Shown here: in pieces, positions 26,295 through 28,935 of the stretch
Layout: each line of letters begins with the position of its first letter
Position numbering within the stretch: position 1 is the first letter of the stretch
From: Promethearchaeota archaeon
GTDB taxonomy: Archaea > Asgardarchaeota > Lokiarchaeia > Sigyniarchaeales > SOKP01
Assembly: GCA_016930515.1 (NCBI GenBank)
Contig: JAFGGO010000112.1
Location: 1 to 28,935 of the forward strand
Direction of reading: 5' to 3'
Length of the DNA: 28,935 nucleotides
Made by a program: the position numbers and the translations under genes
Notes under the pieces: generated by a model
What the model saw: only the letters and a program-made list of their open reading frames with translations
Told to the model about the DNA's origin: nothing
The model's database searches: none

Positions 26295-26792
26295 TTAAGC
26301 ATCCTCCTTTATTTTAAGAGCCGTGTGCTCAGCAATTATTTTCAATTCCTTGGCTACTGCCTCGTTTGGTTCAATTTCACTCAAGTTTAATTTTTTTCTC
26401 TGAGCATTAGTAGATTTACTAATCTCATAAGCAGAACCAGTGTTTACTACTTGTTTTACCAAGCCATAGATGATGTCTGGCGCGGAACCTTCTTGATACG
26501 ATAACTGCTTCAAATTAGTAAAGACTTCGGTCGGATCCGCGTCTTGAGGACAAACAACAACGCATTTTTCACAAGCACAGCACATCCAAACATCGTTGAG
26601 GATGTCTGGATTATCTCCTTTAAAAAGTTGTGCTATGAAAGCGTTTTCCAAGTCGTATTTTTTGGAATTGAGCGTGATCGGGCAAAAAATTGAACATGCC
26701 GAACACTTAAAACAGACTTCAACTTCCTTGGTCTTTTTAGTAATTTCATCTTTATCATATTTTATTCTAATAACTTCCATCTTTTTTTTCAC
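26295..26792 (-). CDS. hdrC: Heterodisulfide reductase subunit C (2x[4Fe-4S])
   Basis: CFKCSACSIFCP and WMCCACEKCVVVCPQ; adjacent to hdrB. Confidence 0.88.
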   Translation of the reverse strand: MKKKMEVIRIKYDKDEITKKTKEVEVCFKCSACSIFCPITLNSKKYDLENAFIAQLFKGDNPDILNDVWMCCACEKCVVVCPQDADPTEVFTNLKQLSYQEGSAPDIIYGLVKQVVNTGSAYEISKSTNAQRKKLNLSEIEPNEAVAKELKIIAEHTALKIKEDA

Positions 26793-26836
26793 CTTTTAGT
26801 GTATTTAAAATAAAAAAAAAATTGAATAGAGTTGGT

Positions 26837-27637
26837 TTATTTGTTGTTATTGCGACTGTAGACATACCAATAGAGAACGCCAATGAAGAGTGCGCCGCCT
26901 ACGATGTTTCCAATCGTCACGGGTATTATATTATTCACGAAACCGCCCCAATTCAAATTTGCGCTTGGTGATCCAACACCTGCCGCAGCAAGAAAGATTC
27001 CTATAGGGATGAAATACATATTTGCGATGCTGTGCTCAAATCCAGAAGCCACGAAGGCCATAATTGGAAAAAAACACGAAAAGATCTTTCCGGTCGTGTT
27101 AGTTGCAGATACGGACATCCAGACGGCCAAGCAAACCAATGCATTACATAGAATTGCCCTGCAGAACGATTCTAACCAAGTTAGGTCCACCTTAGTGCTT
27201 GCAATAGATACGGCCGTTTCTCCAATCGCACCGTTTCCTAAACCAGTTCCAAAATACACGACGGCAAGCAAAATCGAACCGACGAAGTTTCCTGCGTATA
27301 CGATAAGCCAATTTTTTCCTAACCCCGCCCAAGACGTTTCTTTCGACAGCGTGGAGTTAATGATTAAGTTATTTCCCGTAAATAATTCAGCTCCACATAT
27401 TACAACGAGCATGAGTCCCACGGAAAATACCGCACCACCCATGAATTTGGCTATTCCAAGCCCAGTAACCGCACTCGTGCCTGTAAGAACGGTCGTTGCT
27501 AGAATTGCACCAAAGCCAATAAATACTCCCGCAAAAATTGCAAGAATAAACGCTTTTGTAGCGGAAAGCTTGCATTTAGCTACACCTACGGAACATGCAA
27601 CTACTTCAGCAATCTCAGCTGGTTTTTTTATTCCCAT
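26837..27637 (-). CDS. fdhC: Formate/nitrite transporter (FNT family)
   Basis: GAELFTGN, GNFVG, AILCNALVCLAVW, FVASGFEHSIANM, GNIVGG. Confidence 0.95.
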   Translation of the reverse strand: MGIKKPAEIAEVVACSVGVAKCKLSATKAFILAIFAGVFIGFGAILATTVLTGTSAVTGLGIAKFMGGAVFSVGLMLVVICGAELFTGNNLIINSTLSKETSWAGLGKNWLIVYAGNFVGSILLAVVYFGTGLGNGAIGETAVSIASTKVDLTWLESFCRAILCNALVCLAVWMSVSATNTTGKIFSCFFPIMAFVASGFEHSIANMYFIPIGIFLAAAGVGSPSANLNWGGFVNNIIPVTIGNIVGGALFIGVLYWYVYSRNNNK

Positions 27638-27794
27638 TTTTTTTTCTATACCTTTTGTTATTTGTTTTTTTATTTTTTTATAAAAGGAACAATAATACTC
27701 ATTAAGAATTTAATAAAAGTCTTTTTCTTTCGCCCCATTGATGCTTTGGTACATTTCCTAAACGATCATAAATATTCCGTTATTAATTCACGCA

Positions 27795-27808
27795 TATAAT
27801 CGATTATA
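27795..27808. promoter_or_regulatory. Perfect 14-bp palindrome upstream of the fdhC-hdrCB-fdhA operon
   Basis: TATAATCGATTATA about 160 bp upstream of the fdhC start. Confidence 0.3.
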
Positions 27809-28422
27809 AAATATAGAATTTACTAAATTATTCATAAAAAAGGTTGATATTTTCATTCTTTCTAAAGAAATTCGAAAAAAGATCAAGTTTACTAATACTA
27901 CTCAAGGAATTTGTCTATTTTAATTCCGTTGTTCTTTATCATACATAACGAATATAAGTTCTTTTTTAGATAATAATTAAGCTAGAGATGTTTGGAATTC
28001 ACAATTATGATCGATATGAAAAACAGAAATTAACGAGAGTGCTAATTTTGGTCGATATGCAAAATTAATAATGGAATATTTGTAAAAAAGCAATAATCTC
28101 ACATAAAAAGATTTTCCATCTGATAAAAACATTATATCTCCGATATTTCGAAAAGATTCATGATTCTTTTAAATTATCCTTAAAATTTTGGATATGAATC
28201 ATGCGGATTCATTTGATTAACTTATAGAAAATACGAAAAGAGAAGAAATATCATATGATTAAAATTTTTTTATTGATTTGATAGTTCGTCTTCCAAGAAA
28301 ATAGGTGTCTTTTAATAAATTTTTGACGAGTATTAATGATCTTTAGTTCTGATTGTTATTTTAAAATTACACTGAAGCTTAAGGAGTTTATTAATCCAGT
28401 AAAGTTGAGAAATTAAATTAAA

Positions 28423-28899
28423 TTAATCAGCTTTTTTAATCAAATCTAACTGTGCAATCAACCAACAAATTTCTTGATAAGTTGATGTTGATTTTAAAAT
28501 TTCGTTAATTTTATTTTGAATTTCGTTTTTAGTGGGTTTTTTAGTCGATATTTGCTCTAATTGGCTTTCTGCTAAAATATGACATAATTCTTCGTAAGAC
28601 CACCCTTCCATTTCGATTTCGTGAGCTTTTAAGGTAATTTCCGCCTCTAGATCGGGTTCAAGACCCGCTTCGATGAGTTCCTTAGTTTCATCAACCTTTA
28701 ATTTTAATTCGTTCCTTCTCTCGATTTCAGCGTTATTAGGAATTCCATTGCGTAAAACATCCATTAAAGCAAGAAAAGTTCCGTATTCTTTTCCTTGAAT
28801 CATTGAAAATATCTTTACCTCACCCTTTTTGCTTTTTTTAATTTGTTCTATTTTATCTTGACAAAGCTTCTTTTTTTTATCAGAAACGCTTTTACCCAT
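28423..28899 (-). CDS. Hypothetical protein with an internal helical repeat
   Basis: 158-aa ORF; SYEELCHILAESQL and TYQEICWLIAQLDL repeats. Confidence 0.7.
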   Translation of the reverse strand: MGKSVSDKKKKLCQDKIEQIKKSKKGEVKIFSMIQGKEYGTFLALMDVLRNGIPNNAEIERRNELKLKVDETKELIEAGLEPDLEAEITLKAHEIEMEGWSYEELCHILAESQLEQISTKKPTKNEIQNKINEILKSTSTYQEICWLIAQLDLIKKAD

Positions 28900-28935
28900 C
28901 CAAGAATATAAAACCTTACCATCATCTACTATGTA

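Noticed and set aside
25416-26792. Methanogenesis inferred from hdrBC
   Set aside because: HdrBC homologues are widespread in non-methanogens, and there are no mcr/mtr genes in the window.
26883-27683. 266-aa plus-strand ORF
   Set aside because: Antisense shadow of the FNT transporter.
27818-27837. Island palindrome upstream of the formate operon
   Set aside because: Only the right half-site (ATTCATAA) matches, which is expected by chance in AT-rich DNA; the dyad at 28194 has a different spacer.

Overview
AT-rich, gene-dense archaeal chromosome segment. The Lsm-rpl37e pair, roadblock/LC7, stand-alone SCP2, orphan MCP-domain protein, UroD/MtaA-family protein and HdrBC suggest an Asgard (Lokiarchaeia-like) organism; this is an inference. 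Left to right: (1) a CorA/DUF155-like 2-TM membrane protein fused to an ADP-ribose-pyrophosphatase-type Nudix domain, gamma-CA, MCP, SCP2 and UroD-like genes; (2) a minus-strand string Lsm-rpl37e-nudC-roadblock-ThiF; (3) a ~10 kb orange-protein (Orp)-like metal/Fe-S cluster island (DUF134, 3x NifB/NifX, 2x MinD-4Fe4S ATPases, IscU, Mrp, OsmC, Trx, 2x DUF5320, an uncalled 57-aa Zn finger, DtxR-like regulator, 2x MBL hydrolases), whose intergenic regions carry about nine copies of a 20-bp palindrome TTATGAAT-N4-ATTCATAA, twice at a fixed 2-bp distance from an identical TATA-like element; (4) a 2-hydroxyacyl-CoA dehydratase/BCR pair, crotonase and a VapBC pair; (5) a compact formate transporter-hdrC-hdrB-fdhA operon lacking HdrA and FdhB. 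No rRNA, tRNA, CRISPR array or transposase was recognised. All family calls come from motif recognition by eye; no searches were run.
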